64,000 nt of DNA from Candidatus Moraniibacteriota bacterium (GTDB lineage Bacteria > Patescibacteriota > Minisyncoccia > Moranbacterales > UBA1568), in NCBI GenBank assembly GCA_041910335.1, contig JAYRRF010000024.1, positions 18,529-82,528 on the forward strand. Reading direction: 5' to 3'. Below, in pieces: positions 19,615-29,291 of the stretch (positions are counted from its first letter, which is position 1; every line of letters starts with the position of its first letter). The position numbers and the translations under genes were made by a program. Under the pieces are notes generated by a model. That model was not told the origin of the DNA and did no database searches. It saw only the letters and a program-made list of their open reading frames with translations.

Positions 19615-20517
19615 ATGGACATGATAGCGCATGCATCAACTGGTGCTTCCTCGCATGACCCTGACCAGGTCATCATCAAGCTCCAATATGAACAGGATGC
19701 CAAGTTGTATTGGCGACCAGAAGACTTGATTTATCACTTCGAGTATGACCTTCGAGATTTGTTTCATCGAGCTGGCCTTCGGGGAGTTCTCGAAGTCAAG
19801 CGTATCGGTCGTCGTGAACGTGGTATCGGCCAAGAGGGCATCGCCCTTGGTCACCCGCAGGATTTCGTCATCGAAATCAATGCCGAGTACGGTCAGCAGA
19901 ATAAGGGAAGGGCTGACGTTTGGTTCATCAAGGTGGACGCCAAGGATACGACTCCGATTCGGGAGCGTCTGACGCGCGCTTTGGCAGGAGAAAAACTTCC
20001 ATCAATACTCGAACCACCAGAAAAGCCTGAGTCGCAGCCGACTATTCCCGAAGAACCAGACGTGTCTACGGCTGATGTGCCGTGGCCTACGTTACCAGGG
20101 CAGGAAAGTTCTGTGAAGGAAGCTCTTTTTCGGCGAGATCCTCTGGGAATGACCTATTGCCTCGTGTTTTTGTGGGGTAGCGCTAACGCTGACAACCAGG
20201 TAGAAAGGGGCGTACTGACCAATATCGCCATGGAGTACTATCCAGAATTTCAGGATAAGCGCAAAACAACACCCATCCACAAGTCGTTTGGTCAAGAAGG
20301 CTTCCTCAGTCGCCTAGAAAGTGGCAACTACCAGCTTTTCCTTGAGCCCATCAAAGCCTTTGTATCAGAACATCACGATGCACTCATAGCATCACCGATG
20401 TTCTGGAAGAAAATCAAAAAGGTTGAAGGGCTTTCCCAGGGTAACCAAGGGAGGATGGCAACGCAGGAGGCGCTACGGGCAATTGAGCGCATCTATGATT
20501 TGATTTTGGAGAAATAA
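19615..20517 (+). CDS. Hypothetical protein (300 aa), high-GC island
   Basis: Long ORF with protein-like composition and no recognisable motif. A strong terminator follows. Confidence 0.5.
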   Translation: MDMIAHASTGASSHDPDQVIIKLQYEQDAKLYWRPEDLIYHFEYDLRDLFHRAGLRGVLEVKRIGRRERGIGQEGIALGHPQDFVIEINAEYGQQNKGRADVWFIKVDAKDTTPIRERLTRALAGEKLPSILEPPEKPESQPTIPEEPDVSTADVPWPTLPGQESSVKEALFRRDPLGMTYCLVFLWGSANADNQVERGVLTNIAMEYYPEFQDKRKTTPIHKSFGQEGFLSRLESGNYQLFLEPIKAFVSEHHDALIASPMFWKKIKKVEGLSQGNQGRMATQEALRAIERIYDLILEK

Positions 20518-20546
20518 ATAACATCCCAAATGGGATAAGGGCTGGA

Positions 20547-20582
20547 GGGCGGGACATCGAACCACGATGACCCGCCCTTTTT
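20547..20582 (+). terminator. Strong Rho-independent terminator (13-bp stem with one mismatch)
   Basis: GGGCGGGACATCG-aacca-CGATGACCCGCCC followed by TTTTT. Confidence 0.8.
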
Positions 20583-20672
20583 GCTTTTGTAAAAATATAT
20601 ACCAAAAGAGAAGAGCCGCTATCCGAATAGGACAGCGGCTCATTCTGTGGATCATTGATCCTGTTGGCTGGT

Positions 20673-21146
20673 TTAGCCCGAACATTCGTAGGACTTGCCA
20701 TCGTGTTCGGCAGCGGCCTCGTAACCGCGCCAGAGGTAGACGATCTGCGGTGAGCAGTCGTTACGCAGGCGATGGTCGCCAAGAGCCTTGCGGCGCTCAG
20801 CGAAGTCCTTGTGGTCGCGGGCGCTCTGTTCGAACGTGCCCCAGTCGTTATCGACCGTGAGTCTGTCGAAGACCTCCGGCCAGGCAGCTTTCACCACTCT
20901 TCGCCGTTCGGCAAAGATGGCCGCCTTTTCGTTCTCTGGGCAGAAAGTACCGCAAGCCACGAACTTGCGGAAGTTCCTTTCCACAGCCGGGTCTCGGCGT
21001 ACCAGCTCGCTGGCTAGGCTGCCGATGCGATCATCCATTATTCCCAAGCGGCTTCCGGGATAAACCCAGCTGCAGCCATTGGGCAGGATGATCAGGGTGA
21101 ATAGCAACAAGGCCGCTATTCCCAGGCTCAAGAGTACTTTCTTCAC
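20673..21146 (-). CDS. Secreted/membrane-anchored Cys-containing hypothetical protein, paralog of 40217..40762
   Basis: GTG start at 21146 with an AGGAGA RBS 7 nt upstream. Signal-peptide-like MKKVLLSLGIAALLLFTLIIL. Shares WP(E/L)VFDRL and RLRN(D/H)C blocks with the protein at 40217..40762. High GC. Confidence 0.55.
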   Translation of the reverse strand: MKKVLLSLGIAALLLFTLIILPNGCSWVYPGSRLGIMDDRIGSLASELVRRDPAVERNFRKFVACGTFCPENEKAAIFAERRRVVKAAWPEVFDRLTVDNDWGTFEQSARDHKDFAERRKALGDHRLRNDCSPQIVYLWRGYEAAAEHDGKSYECSG

Positions 21147-21201
21147 GCGCAATCTCCTCTGAAATGGCGTGAATAGTGTAGCACTCTTTTGAAAAAAGTC
21201 A

Positions 21202-21780
21202 ATGGACACCAAGAAGCACATTAAGAAGCAGTCGTCTCTCAAGAGGCAGCTTCAGCAGCTTGGCAAGTCAGTCGATGGTGTGGAGGAGGCTTACCGCCAA
21301 ATCCGCGAAGTGGCTGATCTTCACCATCATGCCAAGTCTGGTGGCTACGAAAAAGCACTGGGCCGAGCAGGTACCGCTATCCGCAGTGCCCGTGAGGTGG
21401 TGGAACATGAAGATGCTGGTGTCAACGCTCGAGGTATGATCACTCGGGCAAACAATGCCAAGACCGACGCCGTCAGCATGGCGCATCAGCCGAAGCCTGA
21501 CTGGATCGGTGCCATGATGACGCTTGATGCAGTAAGCGAGCTTGCTCGCCAAGCACAGGCCGAGGCAGAGCGTGATATCGGTTCAGCCGAAGAAGCTCGT
21601 CAAAGAGCAGCTCGCCGTCGTCGCGATGAAGAAGATCGTCGTCGCCGACAACGGGACGATGATTCTTCCGATGACGGATACGGTGGAGGCAGATCTTCGT
21701 CGTCCAATTCTTCAGGAGGCGTTTTTGGCGGTTTCGGCGGGGGCAACTCTGGTGGTGGTGGCGCTACCGGTAGCTGGTAG
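21202..21780 (+). CDS. Hypothetical protein with Arg/Asp-rich and Gly/Ser-rich C-terminal tail
   Basis: ORF in the high-GC island. C-terminus reads RRRRDEEDRRRRQRDDDSSDDGYGGGRSSSSNSSGGVFGGFGGGNSGGGGATGSW. A long hairpin terminator follows. Confidence 0.45.
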   Translation: MDTKKHIKKQSSLKRQLQQLGKSVDGVEEAYRQIREVADLHHHAKSGGYEKALGRAGTAIRSAREVVEHEDAGVNARGMITRANNAKTDAVSMAHQPKPDWIGAMMTLDAVSELARQAQAEAERDIGSAEEARQRAARRRRDEEDRRRRQRDDDSSDDGYGGGRSSSSNSSGGVFGGFGGGNSGGGGATGSW

Positions 21781-21815
21781 GCTCGACCCTCTAGTCGAGT
21801 AAATGTGTGTACCTT

Positions 21816-21856
21816 GGGGAGGTGGCTTCAGCTGAAGCTACCTCCCTCTCTTTTTA
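21816..21856 (+). terminator. Rho-independent terminator (long palindromic stem)
   Basis: GGGAGGTGGCTTCAG/CTGAAGCTACCTCCC followed by TCTCTTTTT. Confidence 0.75.
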
Positions 21857-21866
21857 TCCGGAGGCA

Positions 21867-21901
21867 TACTTTTTGCTTTTGTAGAGGGGAAAGAGTAGAA
21901 T
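21867..21901 (+). promoter_or_regulatory. Copy 1 of a 35-nt duplicated promoter element (TTGCTT-17-TAGAAT) upstream of the DUF3800 gene
   Basis: TACTTTTTGCTTTTGTAGAGGGGAAAGAGTAGAAT. -35 TTGCTT at 21873-21878 and -10 TAGAAT at 21896-21901. ATG at 21909, so the transcript would be near-leaderless. Confidence 0.6.
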
Positions 21902-21908
21902 TTTAGGT

Positions 21909-22553
21909 ATGAATACACCACAATCAACAAAACAATTAGTATTTATTGATGATTCGGGTGATCCTGGCTTTAAGTTGGAACAGGGTTCTACGAGCCACTT
22001 TGTAATAGCATGCGTGATTTTTGATGATACTTTAGATGCTGAGGAAGCAGCCTTGATAATAAAAAAGTATAGGCGCGAGCTTGGCTGGTCTGACCAGCGA
22101 GAGTTTAAGTTTAACAAAACAAATAAAAAGCTGATCAAAGAGCTTTTAGAAAGATTGCAAGGCGTAGGTTTTCGGGTGAGGGCAATTTGTATTGATAAAA
22201 AAAGAATCTATAGTCATGAGCTCAAAAATAAGCAAGACTCTTTCTATAACTACGCTATCAAGGAAGTTTTGGAAAAAACAAAAACTCTCAGTCATGCTAG
22301 CGTAAAGCTCGATGGGCATTCTGGACGTACCTACAAAAAATCAGCCATCACTTATTTGCGGAGAGAGGTAAATAAAAAATCATCAAAAATAGCGAAGGTA
22401 AAGTTTGTCCATTCTCATTCAGATGTGCTTATTCAGCTCGCTGACCTAGTAGCAGGAGCTATACTGAGATCTACTCAAGAGACTAAAACTGACCATAAAG
22501 ACTACCTTCAAATTATCCAAAAAAAAGTAGAAGATGTTTGGTATTTTGGATAA
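21909..22553 (+). CDS. DUF3800-family protein
   Basis: N-terminal LVFIDDSGDPGF motif characteristic of DUF3800. Low GC. Confidence 0.6.
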   Translation: MNTPQSTKQLVFIDDSGDPGFKLEQGSTSHFVIACVIFDDTLDAEEAALIIKKYRRELGWSDQREFKFNKTNKKLIKELLERLQGVGFRVRAICIDKKRIYSHELKNKQDSFYNYAIKEVLEKTKTLSHASVKLDGHSGRTYKKSAITYLRREVNKKSSKIAKVKFVHSHSDVLIQLADLVAGAILRSTQETKTDHKDYLQIIQKKVEDVWYFG

Positions 22554-22679
22554 AATCAAAACCGACTCCTATCCTAGATGTCCTAGGCACGCACACCATA
22601 CGGTGACAGTTCAGAGCCGGTTTCATTTGTACTGGAATTATAGCATCTGAAGGGTTTTTGTCAAGGTACCAAGAAACGG

Positions 22680-22714
22680 TACTTTTTGCTTTTGTAGAGG
22701 GGAAAGGGTAGAAT
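22680..22714 (+). promoter_or_regulatory. Copy 2 of the 35-nt duplicated promoter element (TTGCTT-17-TAGAAT) upstream of the PLD-SNF2 gene
   Basis: TACTTTTTGCTTTTGTAGAGGGGAAAGGGTAGAAT, 34/35 identical to copy 1. -35 at 22686-22691, -10 at 22709-22714. ATG at 22743. Confidence 0.6.
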
Positions 22715-22742
22715 AGGGGTATATTTTCCTAATTTTAGACTC

Positions 22743-25700
22743 ATGTCTTACTCTAAGATTATTGACAATAAAAGGGTGTCCTTGAAGGATGTTCTTTTAG
22801 ACGTATCGAAAAACTTTTCTGAACTCTCAATTGCCACTGGTTATTGGGATATTGAGGGCATGAGGTTGGTTCTGAATTCAATAAAGGAGTATAAAAAAGT
22901 CCGTATCCTTATAGGAAGAGAGCCTTTACTGAAGAGAGATAATAAGACCGGTATCGATCAACCTGAACCAGACTATCCAGATCAGGATTTTTTTGAAGAT
23001 CTTCAAAGAATCAGCCCTTCTTCGGAATTAAAGCAAGTTGTTATAGCGTTGAAAAAACTGATCGACAACGGTCAGTTAGAGGTAAAAGTATATCGCAGGT
23101 CATTTTTACATGCAAAATGCTACATTTTTGGAAATTATGAGTCAACGGAAGCAGTAGGAATCATTGGTTCTTCGAATTTTACTAGAAATGGCATGACCTC
23201 TAACTCTGAATTAAATTCACTCGAATCAGATCATCGAGTAGTTGCATTTAGACCACAGACTGAACAGCAAGAAGTTGGACATTTATATTGGTTCGATAAT
23301 CTTTGGGATGATGCACTGACGGAGGATTGGACAGGAAAATTTATCGAATTAGTACGTACCTCACCACATGGTGATCTTTTGAATAGTCCTCGTGATATGT
23401 ATTTACGTACACTCTATGAGCTTTATCGTCATGAAATTGAACAGGAAGAGGAGGACATTATTAATCCTACCTCGAAAAAACTTTTTGAATTTCAAGAAAA
23501 AAATGTCAAAAATTTAAAGAGAATTTTAGATACTTACGGAGTTGCCATGCTAGCTGATTCGGTAGGGCTTGGTAAAACTATTTCTGCAATGGGCGTGATT
23601 AAACAATATAAAAATCAACGCGTAGTTGTTATTGCACCAAAAACGCTTGGTCAACAATGGGAGCAAGAGTTAGCTCAAGAGGATCTTCATAATGTCCGGG
23701 TTGTTTCTTTACAAAACAGACAAGAGATTGAAGAGCAGATAAATATTGATCAGTACAGCTCACCAGCACTCTTTGTGATTGATGAATCTCATAACCTCCG
23801 ATCCAACAATGGAACACGTTATGAATTGATTTCAGATTGGATTTCGAGCTCGTACAATGAAGAATCACATGTGCTGCTTTGTACAGCTACCCCAATCAAT
23901 AACTCGCTTACTGATCTTACGAGTCAAATTCTTCTTGGCGCACGTGGAGATCAGGATATTTTTACTTTGGCCGTTAAGACATACGGAGGACAAGTGGTGA
24001 CGAGGTCTTTTTATGAAGCCATTGATAATATAAGAAAACGTATTCAGCAAGATATTGCTCAGGGAGGAGAGAACTTAGAAGAAATTTATTTGGAGGCTCG
24101 TATTACCTTGGAGCCTATTATTCGTAATTTTGTAGTACGCAATACTCGTCAAAGTATCGGTTCATTGATTTCAGAGAATGGTGATGTACAAAATTTCCCA
24201 GAAGTAAAGATCAACAACACTAAATATCAGCCAGTACAGGTGCCACTTACCATCAGTGAACGACATCAGAAAATAACAAGTCATTCTATTGAGCAATTAG
24301 CTGATACGATGGATCGACTTAAGCATCCTATGCGTCAGATTGATGATCTTGATGTTGAGGGTGTTGCTCCCGAAAATGCAAACTCAATTTATCGTATATA
24401 CCAGCTGATTCTTGGGCTCTCGTTTGTGCCGTATCGGTGGTATATGTATGACTTTAGGCTTTATGATAAGACGAGAGATGAGTTGAGAAATATGCGCTTG
24501 TCTGGCTCCGACCTGATGAAAATCAATATGCAATTGAGCCTTTATGGAATCATGAGAACGCTTTTCTTGAAGCGCTTAGAATCATCAGCGTATGCTCTGG
24601 AAGTTTCATTGAAACGATACTTAAATCGATTGCAAGTATTTGAGCAGATTCTTCGTGATGAAAATATAATTATCAACCTCTCCGAAGTTGCCGATATCTT
24701 AGATGAGTATTCTCCAGATGACGGAGACCAGATTACTTATTCGACAGAGGAATTGTTGGAAAAGGCTCGCAAAAATCCAGAAGAAGTAGATAAGAATTTT
24801 AATAAGACAGTGCTACTTGAAGATATCCATATAGAGAAAGATCTTATCTCTGAAATCATTGGTCTTGTGGCTACCATAAAATCTACAGATCCAAAAATTA
24901 AAGATTTAAAGAGAAAATTAAAGGATTCGTATAGAGAAGATCCAGCCAAAAAGATACTCATCTTTACTTTTTTTGCTGACACTATAGATTACATTGAAAA
25001 AGAATTAGGGACTGATCCTGATATGAAGGAAGTTTTTAATCAGTCAGCTTTTGTTTCAGGAAGGGACAGAAGGCATGCTCTGCACTGTGCAAATCGTTTT
25101 GCTCCAGAAGCCAAGGGCGCGCAAAGTCTCGTAGCAGAAGAAGGTGAAATTACTTATCTTTTTGCTACAGATGTTCTTTCGGAAGGTCAAAACTTGCAAG
25201 ATTGTGGAGAGATTATCAATTATGATCTTCACTGGAATCCGGTGCGCATGGTACAGCGCAATGGTCGTATCAATCGATTGGGTACCAAACATGAAACAGT
25301 GTGGGTTGATAATTTTGTGCCAGGTGATGATCTGGAGCTCTTTTTGGGTATCATGGATCGATTAAACAAAAAGATTGAATTGATTAAACATGCTATAGGA
25401 AATGACTCTTCTATTTTTGGAGAAACTATAGATGCACGTAGCTACACAGATCTTTATAGTGATGATGCAAATAGAGCCTCGATTGCTTATGATCAACTTG
25501 AGACAAGTATAGACGCCTTTTCTGACGATATCTTTTTGAAAGATCTTAAGCACTTTCTAAAAAAAGCTACAGATGAAGAAATTCGTCAAATGAAGCGTAT
25601 CCCGTATGGATCATGGGGGATTGTACCTCAAGGTCTTACTGATCCCAATGATGTGATTCTGTTTTCCAAATTAGCGTATACAAACGGGATTACAAAAAAT

Positions 25701-26168
25701 ATTTTCTTTGGAAATGATAGAGAGGCTTTTGGAATAGGAATTATTCAAAATACCTTAGCATTGCAAATGCTTCGTTCTAGTTTGGAAGATAAGCCGTTGG
25801 ATACAATTTTGTTAGACAAAGAAAAGCAAATTCAAACCATGTTTCGCAGGGGACCCCAAATTGCCAGAGATACGAATGTAGATAGTTCACTGACTCCTAC
25901 CAAGGAAAGAGTATTGAACGAATCAAGGGTATACGGATGGAGTGCCGAAGAAATAGACAAATTACGTTCCACTCTTTCTACACGCAATGTAAATCTTGGA
26001 CGAAAAGTTAGTCGTATTGTTCGACTTATCAATGCAGCTATCAAAGAAAATATTTCAACAGAAAGTTATTATAGAGATCTCAAGAAGCTTTTAGTGGAAC
26101 CTTCTGAATCAGCGATGGTGACGGATGTACAGTTTTTGCTTGGGTATACTGATCATTACTCACGATAA
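22743..26168 (+). CDS. Phospholipase-D-family (HKD) nuclease fused to an SNF2-family SF2 helicase (1141 aa); restriction/defense-type
   Basis: N-terminal single HKD motif: FLHAKCYIFGN...GIIGSSNFTRNG. Helicase motifs: I LADSVGLGKT, II VIDESHNLRS, III LLCTATP. A long insert follows, then C-terminal motifs V LFATDVLSEGQNLQ and VI HWNPVRMVQRNGRINRLG. Confidence 0.85.
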   Translation: MSYSKIIDNKRVSLKDVLLDVSKNFSELSIATGYWDIEGMRLVLNSIKEYKKVRILIGREPLLKRDNKTGIDQPEPDYPDQDFFEDLQRISPSSELKQVVIALKKLIDNGQLEVKVYRRSFLHAKCYIFGNYESTEAVGIIGSSNFTRNGMTSNSELNSLESDHRVVAFRPQTEQQEVGHLYWFDNLWDDALTEDWTGKFIELVRTSPHGDLLNSPRDMYLRTLYELYRHEIEQEEEDIINPTSKKLFEFQEKNVKNLKRILDTYGVAMLADSVGLGKTISAMGVIKQYKNQRVVVIAPKTLGQQWEQELAQEDLHNVRVVSLQNRQEIEEQINIDQYSSPALFVIDESHNLRSNNGTRYELISDWISSSYNEESHVLLCTATPINNSLTDLTSQILLGARGDQDIFTLAVKTYGGQVVTRSFYEAIDNIRKRIQQDIAQGGENLEEIYLEARITLEPIIRNFVVRNTRQSIGSLISENGDVQNFPEVKINNTKYQPVQVPLTISERHQKITSHSIEQLADTMDRLKHPMRQIDDLDVEGVAPENANSIYRIYQLILGLSFVPYRWYMYDFRLYDKTRDELRNMRLSGSDLMKINMQLSLYGIMRTLFLKRLESSAYALEVSLKRYLNRLQVFEQILRDENIIINLSEVADILDEYSPDDGDQITYSTEELLEKARKNPEEVDKNFNKTVLLEDIHIEKDLISEIIGLVATIKSTDPKIKDLKRKLKDSYREDPAKKILIFTFFADTIDYIEKELGTDPDMKEVFNQSAFVSGRDRRHALHCANRFAPEAKGAQSLVAEEGEITYLFATDVLSEGQNLQDCGEIINYDLHWNPVRMVQRNGRINRLGTKHETVWVDNFVPGDDLELFLGIMDRLNKKIELIKHAIGNDSSIFGETIDARSYTDLYSDDANRASIAYDQLETSIDAFSDDIFLKDLKHFLKKATDEEIRQMKRIPYGSWGIVPQGLTDPNDVILFSKLAYTNGITKNIFFGNDREAFGIGIIQNTLALQMLRSSLEDKPLDTILLDKEKQIQTMFRRGPQIARDTNVDSSLTPTKERVLNESRVYGWSAEEIDKLRSTLSTRNVNLGRKVSRIVRLINAAIKENISTESYYRDLKKLLVEPSESAMVTDVQFLLGYTDHYSR

Positions 26169-29100
26169 TGAATTACGATCAAATCAATCAACAATTAGAG
26201 ACAATACGCAAAACTAAAAACATTGAAGATGTGCAGTCTTTGGTGTGTCTTTTGCTTGAGCCGCTAGGTATTGTAGGATGCAAGCCTGAAGAATTACTTA
26301 ATCATAGCTCGGTACAACGTGAATTTTCTCGTTTCATGCCCGCACAAGGGTTCAGAGATCGAGCTGCTGCTTATACCATCAAACATACGTCGGATTTGCC
26401 GGTAGATATCAAACTCTACTGGATCAAAAAAACCACCAAAGCCAATCTTTCATGGCTCATGGCTCTTACTCCTAATTACGAAGACAACCCAGAGATTAAT
26501 ACCTCTATGAATCTGGGCATCGATATTATAGTTTCAGAGAATTGTGAAAGTATCTATCTGGTACTTTCAAGTATGCTCAAAGTTCGAGTATTGGAGTTAA
26601 ATGGGGTTCTCTCTCATACTCAGAGAGAAATACTTGAGAACTGGCAGAAAATAGGTTCTACTACAGATTCTCAATCAGAGAACTTCAAGCAAGAATTGCA
26701 TAAACTTCTTTGGAAGAGTTTTGACTTTGAGCCGATCAACCGTAAATTCTATCAAGAACTTGTCACACAGTTTGATCATCTAGTCCTTCATCTCAAGCCT
26801 ATAGTTGGGGAGGCATCGGCCAAGATGTTTGCAGTGAGGTTTATCGGAAGAACACTCTTTTTGTGGTTTCTCCGCAAAAAGGATTTTATCAATCCAGAGA
26901 AAGAATACTTCAATGTTTCAGGAAGTGATGATCAGAGTCTTTACTACCATTCCAAGTTAGAATCATTGTTTTTTGAGGTGCTCAACACTGAGGTAAAATC
27001 ACGTAGTTTTGATGATTTTGTGACTCCATTTCTTAATGGAGGGCTATTTGAGCCAATAGAAACAGATTTTTATAGGGATGAGAAGCTGACTTTTCCAGAA
27101 GGATTCTTCACTCAGTTCTTTGATGTCCTTAATCGCTATAATTTCACCGTAGATGAGGGTACTTCTGAGTATGAGCAAGTGGCGGTGGATCCAGAAATGT
27201 TGGGACGAGTATTTGAGAATCTCCTCGCTTCTATCAATGATGAGACAGGCGGGCAGGCCCGTAAGTCTAAAGGAGCTTTTTATACACCTCGTGAGATTGT
27301 GGACTATATGTGCAAGCAGTCTCTCATAGAGTATTTAAAAACAAAGCTTCCAGATACCGCTAATCGAGATCGTCGTATAGAAGAACTTGTCACTATGGAC
27401 GAGGCCACATTTCGTGATCAGGATCACAACAAGCGTCGTGACTGGAAGAAAGATCTTGGTCAAGAGACTGTACTAAAAGCCCTTGATGAATTACGTATCC
27501 TTGATCCGGCAGTTGGGTCGGGCGCTTTTCCTATGGGTATGCTGAATCTCTTGGTCAAGGTCTATACACGTATTGATACTAGCAGAGAGAAAGATCTTGC
27601 TACGCTCAAAAGAGAAATTCTTTCTCGATCGCTCTATGGTGTAGATATAGATCAGATGGCTATACAGATTAGTCGTCTCCGAGCCTGGCTTTCTATTTTG
27701 GTAGATATGGAGAGTCTCAAAAAAATTGATCCGCTGCCAAACCTAGACTTCAAGTTTGTTTGTGCTAATACGTTGATAGCCCTTGATGAAGGGCCAAATA
27801 GTTTATTTGATACTGATATAGAACTCAAAAAACATTTGATAGATCTTAGGGATAAGTACTACGCTGCTACACGTAAGGTAGACAAAGGGAAAATTAGAAA
27901 AGAATATCTATTTTCTATTCAAAAGGGAGGCGAATTATTCGCTTCCAAAAGAGAATTGCAGTTGAGGGATTATAATCCTTTTAATCCTCTTAATTCTACC
28001 AATTTCTATGATCCTGAACTCATGCACGGAGTGGAGAGTTTTGATGTCGTGATAGGTAATCCGCCATACGTGCAGCTTCAAAAGTTTGCCCGTACTCAAA
28101 TTCAGAAAGATTTAGAGAATGAAAAATACCAAACCTTTGCAAAAACAGGAGATTTATACGCTCTCTTTTACGAAAAAGGATTGAATCTTACCAGTCTAGA
28201 TTCAGGTTTGCTCTGTTACATTACGAGCAACAAGTGGATGAGGGCGGGGTATGGCGAAAGTCTTCGTAGATATTTTGTGCAACACAATCCGCTTCTTTTG
28301 CTAGATTTAGGAAGTGGTGTGTTTGAGAGTGCTACGGTAGATAGTAATATTTTATTGATTCAGAATACCTTAAATAAAGGAGAAACAAAGGCAGTCACGA
28401 TTAAGGATAATAAGAAAAGTTTTTCTACTCAGTTGCAAGAACATGGATCAGTGGTAAATTTTGATTCAAGTGGTCCGTGGTTTATTGGTACTCAAGTAGA
28501 GATTAATCTAAAAAATAAAATTGAGACAAATGGAAAACCTCTTAAAGATTGGGATGTTTCAATTAACTATGGTATAAAGACCGGCCTTAATGAAGCTTTT
28601 ATTATTAATCAGGAAAAACGAGATGAGTTGATTGCTCAGGATCTAAAAAGTGAAGAAATTATTAAGCCTATTTTGCGAGGAAGGGATATAAAGAGATATT
28701 CCTACAATTTTTCAGGTCTATATTTGTTAATGACAGGTTTTGATTTTGACATTCCAGTGGAATACCCTGTCGTTTTTAATCATCTGAAGCAGTTTGAAGA
28801 AAAGGCAAAGAAAAGAGATGATCAGGGTAAAAATTGGTGGAATTTGAGAGCATGCGTTTATTATGATGAGTTTGAAAAAGAAAAAATAGTATGGGGAAAT
28901 ATAGCATACAATTCCACTTTTTCAGTGCTAGGTAGTAGCTATTACTTAAATGCTCCTGGAAACCTTATAACTTCTAATTCCACTAGTTTAAAGTTTTTGT
29001 TAGGTTGTTTAAATTCGAAAATATTCAATTGGGAATTCAAAAAAGAAGGTATATTTTTAGGGAATGCTTATGAATGGAAGAAGCAGTATGTAGAACAGAT

Positions 29101-29287
29101 TCACTTGCCATTGAAACAAGATTCACAAAGTATTAAAAAAATTGAGAGTATTGTTGAAAAAATCATATACTTAAAAAAAATAAATCTTGATGCAGACACC
29201 AAAGATCTAGAAGCTCAAATTGATCAGCTTGTTTATCACCTTTATGACCTAACAGAAGATGAAATTAAGATAATTGAAGAATCTTAA
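26168..29287 (+). CDS. Gamma-class N6-adenine DNA methyltransferase with Eco57I/TaqI-like C-terminal target-recognition domain (Type IIG/ISP/PglX-like architecture, no recognisable nuclease domain; 1039 aa)
   Basis: FLNGGLFEP and KGAFYTPREIVDYM N-terminal motifs, motif I ILDPAVGSGAFPMG, motif IV VIGNPPYVQ. TaqI_C-like GIKTGLNEAFII and ILRGRDIKRY. C-terminal LYDLTEDEIKIIE. The start overlaps the upstream stop (TAATG), consistent with translational coupling. Confidence 0.85.
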   Translation: MNYDQINQQLETIRKTKNIEDVQSLVCLLLEPLGIVGCKPEELLNHSSVQREFSRFMPAQGFRDRAAAYTIKHTSDLPVDIKLYWIKKTTKANLSWLMALTPNYEDNPEINTSMNLGIDIIVSENCESIYLVLSSMLKVRVLELNGVLSHTQREILENWQKIGSTTDSQSENFKQELHKLLWKSFDFEPINRKFYQELVTQFDHLVLHLKPIVGEASAKMFAVRFIGRTLFLWFLRKKDFINPEKEYFNVSGSDDQSLYYHSKLESLFFEVLNTEVKSRSFDDFVTPFLNGGLFEPIETDFYRDEKLTFPEGFFTQFFDVLNRYNFTVDEGTSEYEQVAVDPEMLGRVFENLLASINDETGGQARKSKGAFYTPREIVDYMCKQSLIEYLKTKLPDTANRDRRIEELVTMDEATFRDQDHNKRRDWKKDLGQETVLKALDELRILDPAVGSGAFPMGMLNLLVKVYTRIDTSREKDLATLKREILSRSLYGVDIDQMAIQISRLRAWLSILVDMESLKKIDPLPNLDFKFVCANTLIALDEGPNSLFDTDIELKKHLIDLRDKYYAATRKVDKGKIRKEYLFSIQKGGELFASKRELQLRDYNPFNPLNSTNFYDPELMHGVESFDVVIGNPPYVQLQKFARTQIQKDLENEKYQTFAKTGDLYALFYEKGLNLTSLDSGLLCYITSNKWMRAGYGESLRRYFVQHNPLLLLDLGSGVFESATVDSNILLIQNTLNKGETKAVTIKDNKKSFSTQLQEHGSVVNFDSSGPWFIGTQVEINLKNKIETNGKPLKDWDVSINYGIKTGLNEAFIINQEKRDELIAQDLKSEEIIKPILRGRDIKRYSYNFSGLYLLMTGFDFDIPVEYPVVFNHLKQFEEKAKKRDDQGKNWWNLRACVYYDEFEKEKIVWGNIAYNSTFSVLGSSYYLNAPGNLITSNSTSLKFLLGCLNSKIFNWEFKKEGIFLGNAYEWKKQYVEQIHLPLKQDSQSIKKIESIVEKIIYLKKINLDADTKDLEAQIDQLVYHLYDLTEDEIKIIEES

Positions 29288-29291
29288 TGTC

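Noticed and set aside
20547-20577. tRNA-like T-arm sequence (GGTTCGATG on the minus strand) inside a GC-rich hairpin
   Set aside because: No acceptor stem, anticodon arm or CCA-compatible 3' end. The structure is a simple 13-bp stem-loop followed by T5 and is better explained as the terminator of gene 19615..20517.
20567-21063. Arg-rich plus-strand ORFs 20567..20860, 20772..21017, 20788..21063
   Set aside because: They are antisense to the secreted-protein gene 20673..21146 in high-GC DNA, with R/P/A-biased composition.
22558-22680. Possible small RNA or tRNA fragment between the DUF3800 gene and the second promoter copy (contains CCTAG-atgtc-CTAGG)
   Set aside because: There is only a 5-bp IR and no cloverleaf. 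A similar CCTAG…CTAGG motif at 40090-40105 is too short to be significant.
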